From positions 50,406,001 to 50,470,000 of the forward strand of contig OX597829.1 of NCBI GenBank assembly GCA_951406725.2: 64,000 nt of DNA, read 5' to 3'. The position numbers and the translations under genes are program-made. Shown piece by piece: positions 25,409-39,222 of this stretch. How positions within the stretch are numbered: the first letter of the stretch is position 1; every line of letters starts with the position of its first letter. Under the pieces are notes generated by a model. It ran no database searches and had not been told where the DNA came from. It worked only from the letters and a program-made list of their open reading frames with translations. Source of the stretch: Octopus vulgaris (lineage: Eukaryota).

Positions 25409-25790
25409 TGTGTGTGTGTGACTGAAGCTATTCACACATACATACATAAGAACCCCTGTCTGTCAATCACTCACTAAAAAGACGAAATTTTAAAAATCTG
25501 TTATCTCTCTCTCCCTCCCTCTCTTTACACCGTCGCTAGAAAGGGACTTAACTCATGTTTTGTAAACAGTGGTGGATTTCACCGCCGTGAAAATTGTTAG
25601 AAGTTATGGCTCAAAATTATTTACTGCTATTCGCGGGTGCCTCGGGGGAAAATAATTTGACGAAAATACAGCTAGGGTTGTGATGAATGTCCTCCTAAAA
25701 TTTGAGAGACATGCATGCTAATTTGTGGATGTGCATAAACTACATTCACATACACACACACACACACATCCTGCCTTATATATATACAGA
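24113..25790 (-). mobile_element. Non-autonomous Helitron, ~1.7 kb, possibly composite
   Basis: CTAGCAGTATAGCCCAGCTTTGCTTGGG at the left end resembles the 16311 terminus. The right end CCTTATATATATACAGA resembles the array's 5' end. Confidence 0.65.
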
Positions 25791-26389
25791 TAGCCTTTAC
25801 ATATTCCTATTCACTTTCACACTCCTACTTAATAAATTATTCCATTCTCCAAAACACAATTGAATCTACTTTTATCATTATTCAGCGAACAGTCTACCTC
25901 TTACTACCTCTTCTGTCTTCTTTTCTTTTTTAATCCTTCGCTTTTTTTTATCCATAGCTTTATGAATTATTTTTTTAGTTAGTTTTTCTTTTATTGTTCT
26001 GCTTATGTTTTTTTTATATCTACTTTGTTATCTCATAATTTTCATTCATATACATGCATACATACAAACACACTCATACACACATAATATGCACACGCAT
26101 ACATACATATATACATACATATACACACACACACCCGAAAGTTATCATTGGTTTCATATCTATTATTGCTCTTAGAAATATAGGCACTTCATCAGACTTG
26201 CAAGCCAAAAGCACATAACCTCTCTATTAACGAAAGTAAGAATGCAATCTTGGTCAGCATGGTGGGGAAAAAAATCCTTGAAATAAAATTCTTTGAAGCA
26301 AAAATCTTTTCTGAGAGAGAGACAGAGTTATCTACCTTTGAACGGTTCCAGTTGTGTCAGAAAAGGACAAGTATTTTACCATTCACTAA

Positions 26390-27770
26390 TCAGTAAGGAG
26401 GGAAGCCCATGTCTTCAATATGAATTTTCTATCATAAGGTCAACTACTAAATATTTCACTATTTGAATTTAAGAAGGTTCCCAGATCAAGTGAATATTTT
26501 AGGATGCTTGCCCTCTTGGCTAAGCAAAGTTTGCATTGTCTACTTTCATTGAGGTAAAGTCTAGGCTGTTTCAGAAGCTTCCAGTTGATTGTGTGGCGTT
26601 CCTTCTTTTAAATGCCATATGTAGTTGACCAAAGACATTACATTATACTTCTCAGAGATACTAAAAGAGGACCTTCGGATATTTAATCACAGCTTTAAAA
26701 AGCTCTCTGTTGATCCAATGTATTTTGGTGTATGTGTCCTTACATTGTTGATGCTGCTGTTTCTGCAAGACACTACCTCTCCCTCATTAACCATGGCCAA
26801 GGAGTTGCATCAACCACCCACTGGGTGCTCACTGTTAATCCTACATAAGCACCCTACCTCTTAATGGGGTTTAGAGATGTCCACTAAAAGTTTTTACACT
26901 GAACCCACAGCTGAATGAGACTCTTAAGTCGTGTCTATTAAATAACCATCAGTGCCTATGGGATTGCATGAAATATTTATTTATTAATCTTAGAAAGATC
27001 CTTCCAATACAGGATTTGACGCTGAGTGAAAAAGGTGGGACAAAACAAAGAACCCCATGATGGTACTTTCTTTTGTGGATTTTAGGTCCTGGTCTTTAGG
27101 AGATGTGGTCCTTAAACACATTGGTTGCCAAACCATCATTGTAATAGTAGACTGCAGTGTCAAAAATGTCCTGATTCAAGGATAGGTTCAATATCTTGGT
27201 GTACATTATTTTATACCCCTCTCGCTAATGTCAGTAAACTCTCTACTGAACATAAGCACCTTAACTAGTAACCCTTTTGATATAGATGAATAAAAATACA
27301 CGGTATCAAATTGGGGGAATTTTCTCCCACCTCTAATCTGATTTGTCTAACTTCATTGGTATTATGCCATTAGGAAAGGCGGTGAGCTGGCAGAAACGTT
27401 AGCACGCCGGGCGAAATGCATAGCCATATTTCGTCTGCTGCTACATTCTGAGTTCAAATTCCACCGAGGTCGCCTTTGCCTTTCATCCTTTCGGGGTCAA
27501 TAAATAAAGTACCGGTTACACACTGGGGTCGATGTAATCGACTTAATCTGTTTGTCTGTCCTTGTTTGGCCTCTCTGTGTTTAGCCCCTTGTGGGTAGTA
27601 AAGAAATTGGTATTATGCCATTAGGAGAGATTGTGTACTCTCCTTATGTCATTATTAATCTTTCTCAAAATATACTTGCCCAACAACCCATTTTTTGATT
27701 TACCTGGGTTAAACAGGAAGCACTTGGGGTTGGAGACAAAGTTCACTTGGTGATCTTTGATGGTAGTAAA
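26390..27770 (-). mobile_element. Decayed Penelope-like element (RT and GIY-YIG remnants), interrupted by a SINE
   Basis: Minus-strand remnants FTTIKDHQVNFVSNPKCFLFNPGKS (~27770-27696), PPFSLSVKSCIGRIFLRLINKYF..LFNRHDLRVSFSC (~27040-26905) and KYIGSTES (~26727-26704) resemble PLE motifs. Many stops. Confidence 0.7.
27376..27605 (+). mobile_element. SINE family B with 21-bp TSD
   Basis: ATTGGTATTATGCCATTAGGA at 27355-27375 and 27606-27626. Confidence 0.92.
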
Positions 27771-28874
27771 AGCATATACATACATGCATAGATACATGCA
27801 TTCTTAAATATATGTGTGTGTGTGTGTGTGTATGTATTTAATTTTAGATAACTTTTTTTAGGTCAGCACTCATCTTGTTGACCTTTTGTCAAACACCTCT
27901 AAATCAGATACAGTGCATCAAGGATTATGTTTTATATGTACTTCTATTTGTTTTTAAGAGCCCAGAGTATGATTCGAAGGAGACTTAGCTGTTCTTTATA
28001 ACAGGTTGAGGACTGCACAGAGAAAGCCTTCTCTCTCTCCCTCTCTCTCCACCCCGCTATTTCTGTCTTCTCTTTCTTTTTTCTAAATGTCTTTTTGCTT
28101 AGTCATACATCAGTTCTGATTGTGTACATCTACAATCAGAGATTAAATTCAGGTTATCATACTTCATATGTTGCACAAAAAATAACGCTTAATTATTTGC
28201 ATAACGAGAAGAAAAAGCAGAAAACAAGTGGCTGTGTGGTAAGAAGCTTGCTTCCCAGCCACATGGTTCAGGGTTCAAGTCCCACTGCATGGCACTTTGG
28301 ACAAGTGTTTTCTTTTATTGTAGCATTGGGCTGACCAAAGCCTTGTGAGTGGATGAGGTAGACTGAATCTAAAAGAAGCCTATCATATATATATAGATAG
28401 ATAGATAGATATATCAAGCCTGATCTTTCTTTCTTGGTTTGGTTGTCGTCCGTGCAACATCTATATTCCTCCCTGTGTCTGTGAAATCTTGTATCCCTGC
28501 CGTAAGGCCTTATTTCCACACATGCCAGCTTAATTTAATTCATCCTTAGTTAAAAGACACCTGTTGTTATGTCCTGCTATTTGTATTTGAGTAACATTTC
28601 TCCATATTTTTTTCCCCTCCTTGTTTTCATATACATTCGCTTTCTTCCAAGGAATCTAGTGCTCTTAGCTTAGTTTTTCCTTGAGGCCGGCCAGATTTGA
28701 ACAATCTCGAGTATAACAAGCTGAAATTGCAAAGATAACCTGGAACTCGACTGAGAATGAAAACTCCAAATGACCCGTCCTTGTTTTCTTTGTATCGTCC
28801 ATCTGGATGTTTCGTTGTCCCTTTTTTGTATCACCTAACTGTCTGGATGTTTTGCGTTCATGTCCCATTTTGTG

Positions 28875-29336
28875 TATATATACCTATACCTATACCTGTG
28901 CTGGTGGCACATAAAAAGCACCATCCGAATGCGGCCGATGCTAGCGCTGCCTTGACTGGCTTCTGTGCTGGTGGCACATAAAAAGCACCAACTGATCATG
29001 TCCATTCCCAGCCTCCCCTGGCATATAAAAAGCACCCACTACACTCATGGAGTGGTTGGCGTTAGGAAGGGCATCCAGCTGTAGAAACTCTGCCAGATCA
29101 GACTGGAGCCTGGTGCAGCCTCCTGGTTTCCCAGTCGAACCATCCAACCCATGCTAGCACGGAAAACGGACGTTAAACGATGATGATGGTTGGCGTTAGG
29201 AAGGGCATCCAGCTGTAGAAACACTGCCAGATCTGACTGGCCTGGTGCAGCCTTCGCGCTCCCCAGACCCCAGTTGAACCGTCCAACCCATGCTAGCATG
29301 GAAAACGGACGCTAAATGATGATGATGATGATGATG

Positions 29337-29337
<1 letters not shown>
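28875..29337 (+). mobile_element. RTE 3' fragments with duplicated terminal segment
   Basis: GGTTGGCGTTAGGAAGGGCATCCAGC...GGACG.TAAA.GATGATG occurs twice in tandem (~29054-29187 and ~29188-29337). Confidence 0.8.
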
Positions 29338-29386
<49 letters not shown>

Positions 29387-30467
29387 TAGTGGTACTACAA
29401 GGCACCAATGTTTACTGGAAATAGCAGTTGATAATTTTACGATGCTATAGTAAAGCTTCACTGTACATATTCTGGCAAAGACGTGTGAGAGCAGTGAACA
29501 TAAAAGATTTTGTCTTACTTATAGGAAGAACGTTAGATAAATGGACAAACCAGAATTGGATAATCTGGTACCTAGGTCTCTTCAAATACATTTGTTATTG
29601 TAAATTTGATTAGTCTTCTTCAGCTAGATTTACCTGGACAATAATTTCAAAAGTTGCTACATCAGTGCCAGTATACTTGCCTGAACGCCTATTATGCAGA
29701 AGTGTCGTAAGTCCAAAATGTTGCTTTTTCAGAAAACATTCCATTCCATAGCAAAACCATTGTACTACACTTTGAGTTTTTTTTTATATTTTGGTATCTG
29801 GAAGCAGCTGGAGATACGATAGTTTGACCAAAAGAACTGGCTATTGCAAGCAAACATAAATATTGGAAAATGTGCATTTGGCCAAATTTGGACATGCGAT
29901 AGTTTAACGTAATACCAACGATATATGTGTGTGTGTGTGTGTGTCTTTGTGGTCTGTTTGGCGCCCACTACTGCTTCACAACTGGTGTTGGTGTGTTTAT
30001 GTCCCTGTAAATTAGCAGTTCAGTAAAAGCGATCAATAGAATAATTACTAGGCCTAAAAATATCCTGGGGTTGATTTGCTTTACAAAAACCCTTCAAGGC
30101 AGTGCTCCAGCATGGCCGCAGTCAATTGACTGGAACAAGTTAAAGATAATAGATGTGTGTGTATGTGTGTGTGAGAGACAGAGATTTTGTCTGTGTTTGT
30201 GCCTCACCATGGCTTCACAACTGGTGTTAGTGTATTTACATCCCTGTAACTTAGCAGTTTAGCAAAAGAGACTAATACAATAAGTACTAGGCTTTAAAAA
30301 AGGAAAAAATACTTGGATTAACTCATTTAGCAGTCATCACTGAGGCATACATTGTATTACTTAACCAAACCGTTTTCAAACAACCAGTTTTAATAACCAA
30401 TGTGGAACCAACAGGTAAAATCAACTGCAATGGATCTATAATGATGTATACTTTGATTAATATATAT

Positions 30468-30650
30468 GCCGCACAAAATTCTAAGTGGTATGTTGTCTGT
30501 CTTTACGTTCTGAGTTCAAATTCTACTGAGGTCGACTTTGCCTTTCATCCTTTTGGGTTCGATTAATTAAGTACCAGTTGCATACTGGGGTTGATCTAAT
30601 CGACTGTCCCCCTCCCCAAACATTTCAGACCTTGTGCCAAGAGTAGAAAA

Positions 30651-30652
<2 letters not shown>
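30468..30652 (+). mobile_element. SINE family B variant with a different tail
   Basis: Meta-like core followed by CCCCTCCCCAAACATTTCAGACCTTGTGCCAAGAGTAGAAAAG. Confidence 0.75.
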
Positions 30653-30694
<42 letters not shown>

Positions 30695-30718
30695 GTGTAG
30701 ATCTGCACACACAAACAC

Positions 30719-30800
<82 letters not shown>

Positions 30801-32249
30801 GTAGATAGATAGATAAGATATAGATATATGTACTTACAGACATGGTGGCTGCAAACTCATGTTTGAGTAAATATCATCACCTGATTGAAAGTCTCACACA
30901 TGCAAAGACTACGACCAGCCATTTTTGTGATACGTCATACTTTTTTTTTTCAAGGGATGCTTGTGCATGATGGTCTTTTTTATAGAGGGGAAGCAATTTG
31001 CACAGATCCAATCCCACTCTCTGAATATGGATGACAGAAACTTGAAAAGAAGAACTAGTCTACATCATAGAATATTATCAGTGCCGCAGGTTTTCTTGCA
31101 GAGTTTTCCTCTCCCAGAGAGATGTTGTGACAACAACAGAGGGGCCTCCCACTCCCAGTGGATCAACCACACACCTGGACACCAATCCAGGTATTTCCAT
31201 GTCCCCGCACATACATACATGCATACATACACATGTACACATATTGTTGGATGGCCATTGACTACTCATGAGCTCTTCTGCCCTTTGTACATCCATAAAT
31301 ACATAGCAACCATAACATACATACATAGGTAACCCAATGAAGCTACACAAAGAACATCCTCTCAATGCAGCAAATTAGCTCCTGGGAAAGACTCAAGCGG
31401 TCAAGACTCTACTTCCCAGAATGAAAGCAGGAAAGATATGCTGCAATTTATGTCTGAAATATCCCGGAAGAGTTAATCCCAAACTTTGGCATTGAAAGTT
31501 ATAATAGCACCAGAACAGAGGAATCTAAGACATTTACTTCCTCCCCCATGGACAATAGCCACCCCTGAGGACAACAGATTATGATTTAAATCTTCTTAAT
31601 ATATTGGAGGGGGGATAATTAACCAAGGAGTGTAATTGGCCCGGGTGGGGGCGGTAATTGTCTTGATACAGAACAGAGAGCTTATTGCATAATATTAAAG
31701 ATCCCACACTTACCATCTGAACACAGGACTAGATATTGCAACAGACCGGAACTCAAGGGCTCACAGTCCTTTGGTATCCTGTTGCAGGATTTGGGAGTCT
31801 TATTTAGGGCAGATGTACATGCCTTCAAAACAAAACTGGGGTTTTCTACTGTCAAGAAGCCTGGATGGAACATCTTCACAGCAGGAAACACAAAAGAGAT
31901 CAGCAGAGTCAAACTCATCCGTTCACCAAATGCCAACTATTAAGGGTGGATTAACATAGATGTAGCTAAAGCAATTGGTGGTACCCCAACATGATCTCAA
32001 CTCTCAAGCTGAAACTAATAAAAGGGTAAGGGTGTAAAACAGTACATACATATATATAGATATATATACACACACACACATATACATTTATACATACATA
32101 GAAAGACAGACAGACAGACAATGAATAATCAAACAAAAAAGGCCAAATAAGTTGTTTAGCTCTGATCAATGTAGACCTATGATTAGAAAACTTTCCAGCT
32201 GTGATCGTCAGTTCTTTACATAAGTTAGTGTGTAAGTGTATATGTTTGT

Positions 32250-32640
32250 GTATACATACTCACACATACACACATATATTACATACATACACACATATAT
32301 TCATACATACATACATACATAGGCATACATGCATGCATACATACATGTATTCATATATACATACACACACACACATACATGTATTCATATATACATACAC
32401 ACACACACATACATAGACATACACACACACATACATACATACATACATGCATACATACATACATACATATACACACATACATACATACATACATACATAC
32501 ATACATAGACATACACATATACACACACATATACATACAAACATACATACATACACCCACACACACATACATACACACACATATACATACATACACCCAC
32601 ATATACATACATACAAACATACATACATACATACACTCAC

Positions 32641-32673
<33 letters not shown>

Positions 32674-32715
32674 TATACACATACATACACCCACACACAC
32701 ACATATACATACATA
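32250..32715. repeat. (ACAT)/(AC) microsatellite
   Basis: Direct reading. Confidence 0.95.
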
Positions 32716-32905
32716 GCTCAGGGATAAATACCACTGCATTGAACCAAAGATCCGCCATCTCCTTCCAGATTAAGGATCCAATACTTTGACAGCTTAGAGT
32801 TGAAAAGGTCGCAACTTTCCAAAACCTTAATAAAAGGCCCCTGAAATCAACAAGGTGTACATGTGGATGTGTTCAAAGAACAAATGGTCAGATTTTTATC
32901 TAGTA

Positions 32906-33274
32906 CTAGCAATATGACCCGGCAACGCTGGGTCATAGTACTAGTGCATGCGTATACAGCTGCATGCGTGCGCACATACACGCAGGTACTGTCCAAATCT
33001 CCGACCAATCACATACAGCTAGCTGGCATTCAATTGGCGTATCAAGTTTCGGGCATTTTGATTGGGTTTTGGATAGAAAATTCACAAAAAAGCCACTTCT
33101 ATTGATTTTTTTAATGGCTTTGCGGGGTGACTGGGGAAATGTAAAGATGTGCATGACCACCCTTGGACGGTTTTGAATGACCATAGAAAGTGCGAGCCCT
33201 CTAACTGAAAAATTGTGGATTTGTATAAAGAACATACACACAGACAGACATTTTGCCGTTTATATATAGAGAGA
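32906..33274 (-). mobile_element. Non-autonomous Helitron
   Basis: CTAG plus hairpin GACCCGGCAACGCTGGGTC at the left. The right end GCCGTTTATATATAGAGAGA matches the 5' end of 58131. Confidence 0.8.
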
Positions 33275-33565
33275 TACCTGACAAACTCACATCACAAGAA
33301 ATGCAAAGAAGGACAGCTCTGTTCATCTCACTATTTCATGAGGACCGATTCCAGAGACAGAACTGGGAAATGAGTTTGAAATATAACAAGCACTAGTATG
33401 TATGTATGTATGTATGTGAGAATAAGCTTGCTTCCCAACCCCATGCACATGGTTCTAGGTTCAATCTCACTGTGTGGCACCTTGGGCAAGTGTCTTCTAC
33501 TATAGCCTTGGGCTGATCAAAGCCTTGTGAGGGGATTTGGTGGATGGAAACTGAAAGAAGCCCAT

Positions 33566-33604
<39 letters not shown>

Positions 33605-33606
<2 letters not shown>

Positions 33607-33872
33607 TGGCTTCCGTGCCGGTGGCACATAAAGTGCACCAATCCGACCGTGGCCGTTGCTAGCCTCGCCTGGCACCTGTGCAGGTGGCACGTAAAAAGCA
33701 CCCACTATACTCTCGGAGTGGTTGGCGTTAGGAAGGGCATCCAGCTGTAGAAACACTGCCAGATAAGACTGGAGCCTGGTGCAGCCTTCTGGCTTCCCAG
33801 ATCCCCGGTCGAACCGTCCAACCCATGCTAGCATGGAGAACAGACGTTAAACAATGATGATGATGATGATGA
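33605..33872 (+). mobile_element. RTE 3' fragment
   Basis: Same tail family as 4315. Confidence 0.8.
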
Positions 33873-33903
33873 TATATATATATATATAACTATATAATAT
33901 ATA

Positions 33904-34142
33904 TAACTTATAAAATAAGGGCAAAAGAAAAGTTCTAATGCCAAATATGCCGAAAAAAGACAAAGTTGTCAATAACCATTATAATTTATGCGTCTCGAAA
34001 CAAGCTGATAGAAATTTCTAAAAAATCTGGATTTTTTTAGAAATATCAATCAGCTTGTTTCGAGACGCATAAATTGACAATTTTGTCTTTTTTCGGCATA
34101 TTTGGCATTAGAACTTTTCTTTTGCCCTTACTTTATAAGTTA
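33904..34142. repeat. ~240-bp palindrome, related to 13632
   Basis: TAAGGGCAAAAGAAAAGTTCTAATGCCAAATATGCCGAAAAAAGAC...GCGTCTCGAAACAAGCTGAT, mirrored around ~34028. Confidence 0.88.
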
Positions 34143-34244
34143 TTTATAAATTTAACCTTTAAAGGTATTTTTTGATAGGCTGGCCATTGATAAAAATTTT
34201 TTTTTCGAAAGAATTTTATCCTACATTAGTTGTATATATATATA

Positions 34245-34632
34245 TCTTTTACTTGTTTCAGTCATTTGACTGCGGCCATGCTGGAGCACCACCTTTAATC
34301 GAGCAACTCAACCTCGGGACTTATTCTTTTGTAAGCCCAGTACTTATTCTATCGGTCTCTTTTGCTGAACCGCTAAGTAACGGGGACATAAACACACCAG
34401 CATCGGTTGTCAAGCAATGCTAGGGGGACAAACACACACACGCATATATATATATATAAATATATACGACGGGCTTCTTTTCAGTTTCCATCTCCCAAAT
34501 CCACTCACAAGGCTTTGGTCAGCCTGAGGCTATAGTAGAAGACACTTGCCCAAGGTGCCATGCAGTGGGACTGAACCTGGAACCATATGGTTGGTAAACA
34601 AGCTACTTACCACACAGCCACTCCTGCGCCTA
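34245..34632 (-). mobile_element. SINE family A, full length
   Basis: Head at 34632 (AGGCGCAGGAGTGGCTGTGTGGTAAG), tail at 34245. An oppositely oriented family A tail follows at ~34680-34905. Confidence 0.9.
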
Positions 34633-34959
34633 TGACATATATATATATATGTATGTATGTATGTTGTATATTTACGTGTGTGTATCTTTGTATCAGCGTT
34701 TGTCCCCCACCCACCGTCACTTGACAACCGATGTTGGTGTGTTTACGTCCCCGTAACTTAGCGGTTCGGCAAAAGAAACGATAGAATAAGTTACTAGGGT
34801 TTTTTTTTAAAAAAAAAGAAGTCCTGAGAATCGATTTATTTCACTAAAACTTTTCAAGGTGGTACTCCAGCATGGTCGCAGTCAAATAACTGAAACAAGT
34901 GAAAAAAAAAAAAGAGAAAAGAGAAACGAGAAAAAAAAAAAGGTTAGCATGTTTCCAAT

Positions 34960-35231
34960 TCCATTTGCAGGCGATATTTCGTCTGCTAGCCAAGTATTTG
35001 TCCCCCCTCGTCGTTAAGTAGGACTATAACCACAAACGTCCTGGTGGGTGGGGTTAGCCGGAAAACCGCTCGAAGCAAACAAGGGAAACAACCAGATAAT
35101 CACTTCTACTGCCATCTTATATTAAAACTTGTTGGTTCCAATCTTTGGACTCCAGAAATAATGACAGCGATCGACTCATAAATTAATAGTTTTGCTCCCC
35201 TTTTTTGAAAAAGAAAAAAGAAAAAGGAAAA
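34960..35231 (+). promoter_or_regulatory. Probable promoter/5' UTR of the SDR gene
   Basis: Non-repetitive, CpG-retaining sequence upstream of the ATG, with GGGTGGGG (35046) and CCAAT (35138). The transcription start is not determined. Confidence 0.4.
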
Positions 35232-35456
35232 ATGCTACAGTTTATATTGTTAGCCGGAACGACAGCTATCAATGTAGCCTATTTCATTATTGGTTCCTGG
35301 TATTTAGCCGTTAAAGTGATCTTTATATTATTCCGAAGAGCTTTACTCCCCACCAGTCTGAAAGCTATTGAGAATGATATTATACTTATTACGGGTGGTG
35401 GAAGAGGACTAGGCCGGCAAATAGCTTTGGAGTTCGCAAAATATAAACCTAAATTG
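35232..35456 (+). CDS. First coding exon of a short-chain dehydrogenase/reductase, DHRS3-like (SDR16C family)
   Basis: ATG in AAAATG context, hydrophobic N-terminal anchor, then [21 protein letters not shown] (TGxxxGxG NAD(P)-binding motif). Ends at a phase-0 donor TTG|GTGAGT after 75 codons. Confidence 0.88.
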
Positions 35457-36579
35457 GTGAGTTCTCCTTCTCTCACACACTATATATATACTTCGTTGCT
35501 TGTTACACATTTTCTCTCATTCTTCCCTTTGCAAATCAGAGACTTTAAACCGAGTTTCGCTTTCTATTTCCTTCTCTCGCTCTCACTTCAGCAACTTTTT
35601 TGTAAAATACATATTTAAAACTGAATCTCTTCTTACTTCTACTCTCTCTTTTCGCTTTTTTTCCCCCCGTTTCGCAAAATAAAATCCGAAAACTAACCCC
35701 AGCCCCCCAACACTCACTCTGTAGATAAAGCATTAATCCATTCAATTTATCTCGTTTTTTTTTTTTTTACCTTTTTCTTTCTCTCACATTCTGTCTGTTT
35801 CCGTATTTCTTTCTATCTCTCTCTCCTATACTTTTTCTTTTCCTACGTTCACCGGTTACTTCCTTTATTGCATGTGAAGTTGTGGCTGTAATCAGTTCCA
35901 ACCGTAGTGGTTCGGTCACCTTACTCCGTCGTTATTCTGGTTTAGGGGGATTCTCACCAGAAAACTTACCTTGTTTGGACTTGTGTCTATTTTCGACTTT
36001 TACGTCGTTTTTTTTTTTTTCTTTTTAAGAAATACATGAAAACAAACTAATTAACAAACTGCTAATTAACTCGAATTTCCCCGACTTTGCGTCGTCCAGC
36101 TCAACGAACATATTTGAAAAGCGTATTTATAAAAGAAACACTATTAAAAAAAACAATTTTCGAAATGGAAAAAATAATATAAGATAGATATGAAAATAAA
36201 TACAAACCAATTTATAAAACAAATATAAAGCAAATCTTTTGTTTTTTCGTTAAATGTTTTTTCGTGTTACGTATTTTTTTCGAGTAGAGTCGCATGTCTT
36301 GCAACCAATTCCCAATGTAAGTTGAGATATGCTGTAGAGATAATAACATATAAAAGAGAGAGAGAAAAAAAAAAAGGAAATAGGTTGTCCCAACAATATT
36401 TGCCTTGCTCCAGGCACTGGCAACCTAAGTGTATACTACATCACTGATCTATTGAATGCTTTCAGAAATTAATGGAAAAATCCTATCACAAAGCGAGTCT
36501 TAAACATACCCAGTGTAGTGTGTACCTGGGTAGTTTTTAAATGGATGATATCTATTAATTAATAGATATTAATTAATAA

Positions 36580-36797
36580 AAGGCGGCGAGCTGGCAGAAT
36601 CGTTAGCACGCCGGGCGAAATGCTTATCGGTATTTCGTCTGCCGCTACGTTCTGAGTTCAAATTCCGCCGAGGTCGACTTTGCCTTTCATCCTTTCGGTG
36701 TCGATTAAATAAGTACCAGTTACGTACTGGGGTCGATATAATCGACTTAATCTGTTTGTCCTCTCTGTGTTTAGCCCCTTGTGGGCAGTAAAAAAAG
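36580..36797 (+). mobile_element. SINE family B
   Basis: Meta-like core. GATATCTATTAATTAAT occurs on both flanks. Confidence 0.9.
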
Positions 36798-37054
36798 AGA
36801 TATCTATTAATTAATGCAACAAGCGTAGTGAGGGATGGTCGGGTGTGGAGGCTAATAACTCCTCTTATAGGTATGGGCTATGTGGTGGTAACAAGTTTAC
36901 TTCCCGTCCACATGGCTTTGGGTTCGGATCCACTGCTTGGCACGGGGCTTTATAATCCCGGTCAGTCTGACCAAAGCCTTGTGAGAGGATTTAATAGACA
37001 GAAACTGAAGCGTTACCTCTGCTAAATATATATATATGTCTGTTGCCTTCAGGT

Positions 37055-37109
37055 TATCTGTCTTTCTATCTATCTATCTATCTATCTAACTAACTATCTA
37101 TCTAACTAA

Positions 37110-37151
<42 letters not shown>

Positions 37152-37175
37152 GTGGTCTCTCTCTCTCTCTCTCTC

Positions 37176-37206
<31 letters not shown>

Positions 37207-37212
37207 GTGGTC

Positions 37213-37289
<77 letters not shown>

Positions 37290-37293
37290 GGTC

Positions 37294-37325
<32 letters not shown>

Positions 37326-37330
37326 ACTCT
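37055..37330. repeat. (TATC)n microsatellite
   Basis: Direct reading. Confidence 0.95.
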
Positions 37331-37794
37331 CTTTCTCTCTCTCTCTCTCCCTCTCTATCTATCTGTCGGTCTCAATATCTATCTCAATCTATCCATCAAG
37401 CAATCTCTCTCTCTCCATCTCTCTCTATTTAGCTAGCTAGCAGATAGATAGATTGATACAAACATACATACATTGATTGATTGATTATGGAAGGCAACTC
37501 AGGAATTCAGATTTAAATTACAGTGAAGTGAATATTAACTTCGCAGCAACATTTAACAACTCTAGACATGTTTTAACCTTATTAAATCTCGTTAGCAAAA
37601 CCTAGTCAAACAGTTTATTGCAGATTTCAAAAGGACCAGAGAAATACATAGGGTTTTTGTGAATGAACACTGAGTGGGGCTATAACTTGAGAATTATAAC
37701 ATTGAGGTGTTTTATTATTATCACATGGGGCTGAGTTATTTATTGTTGTCACCCAGGGTCAAGGGCTGACATACTTAACATCAAAAAATGTTAA

Positions 37795-38190
37795 TAGGTT
37801 TGGCTGTATGGTAAGAAGTTTGCTTCCCAACCACATGGTTCTAGGTTCAATTCCACTGTTTGGCACCTTAGGCAAGTGTCATCTACTATAGTCTCGGGCC
37901 GACCAAAAGTTTGTGAGTTGATTTGGAAACTGAAAGAAGCCTTGTGTGTGTGTAGATCTATGTGCATATGTCCTTGTGTTGGTCTCCACTATCACTTAAT
38001 AACTGGTGTTTACATTTCATTTACATCCCCATAATTTAGCACTTCAGCAAAAGAGACTGATAGATTAAGCATAAGGCTTTTAAAAAATAGGTACTGGGGT
38101 CAATCTGTGTGTTCAACTAAAAAGTCCACAAAACATTACGCCAGCATGGTTGCTGTCCAATGATTGAAGCAAGTAAAATATAAAAGACAG
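37795..38190 (+). mobile_element. SINE family A, diverged
   Basis: Homologous to 21407. Confidence 0.8.
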
Positions 38191-38404
38191 AAATGAGAAG
38201 CAATTACTTATCATAATGACTAATTCTGTTCAAGAGAGGCAAGGGAGGGAATTCCTGATTTTAAATTAATTAAAAATAGAATACAGTAAGGAGTGATCTG
38301 CCTAAAATAATATACTGGATTTTTTGTGAAGGAACACATGGTTCAGTTATAAGTTAGGTGTAGTAATGCTACTCAGGTAACACAAAAATACCTGGGGATG
38401 GGTG

Positions 38405-38690
38405 TCGTCATCATCATCATCATCATTTAGCGTCCGCTTTCCATGCTAGCATGGGTTGGACGATTAAACTGGGGTCTGGGAGGCCAGAAGGCTGCACCAG
38501 GCCCAGTCTGATCTGGCAATGTTTCTACGGCTGGATGCCCTTCCTAACGCCAACCACTCCGTGAGTATAGTGGGTGCTTTTTACATGCCACCGGCACAGG
38601 TGCCAGACGGGGCTGGCAAACGGCCACGGTCGGATGGTGCTTTTTACGTGCCACCGGCATGGGGGCCAGGCGAGGCTGGCAATGACCACA
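38405..38690 (-). mobile_element. RTE 3' fragment
   Basis: Same tail family as 4315. Confidence 0.8.
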
Positions 38691-39222
38691 AATAATAACC
38701 AAGGATGCATGCTAACATAGCTGATGTAATTTGGCAAGTACAGTAACAACTCTGGTGGATATATTTCAACCTTATTTGACCTCTTCAGTGAAGTACAGCC
38801 TAACTGGTTCCATATGAACATCAACCATATTGAATACATGATATGCAGAAATGTCTCAACTTACATCAATAATTGGTTCTAAGACATACAACTTACTTCA
38901 AAAATTGACAAAACATGTAAAAGCATTTTAATAAATTTATTAGGTTATGTCTGTTTGAATAAGTGGTTTTACTCTTTTACCTGTGTCAGTCATTTGACTG
39001 GAGCAACGTACATATTTTTAGATGTACTTTATTTGATTTTATACTTCAGTATTCGCTTTTAGGCATTAATTTTTTAGTTTTCATGCTTTTAAATATGTTT
39101 GCTGAAACCAATATGAAGTCGGATAAATCTTTTTAAAAATTACATGAATTCACAAAAAAGTAGTACCTCAAAATGACACAAGTTGAAGAATGCTTGTACA
39201 TCGTATTTATATAGTCTATGTT

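Noticed and set aside
29390-29920. Possible pogo/Tc1 transposase remnant on the minus strand
   Set aside because: Only faint resemblance, too decayed to support without a search.
30845-32030. Possible decayed LINE ORF1 pieces
   Set aside because: No diagnostic motif could be read.
35457-35618. C-terminal part of ORF 35205..35618
   Set aside because: Read-through past a strong GTGAGT donor into pyrimidine-rich intron. The upstream TTG start is also not credible.
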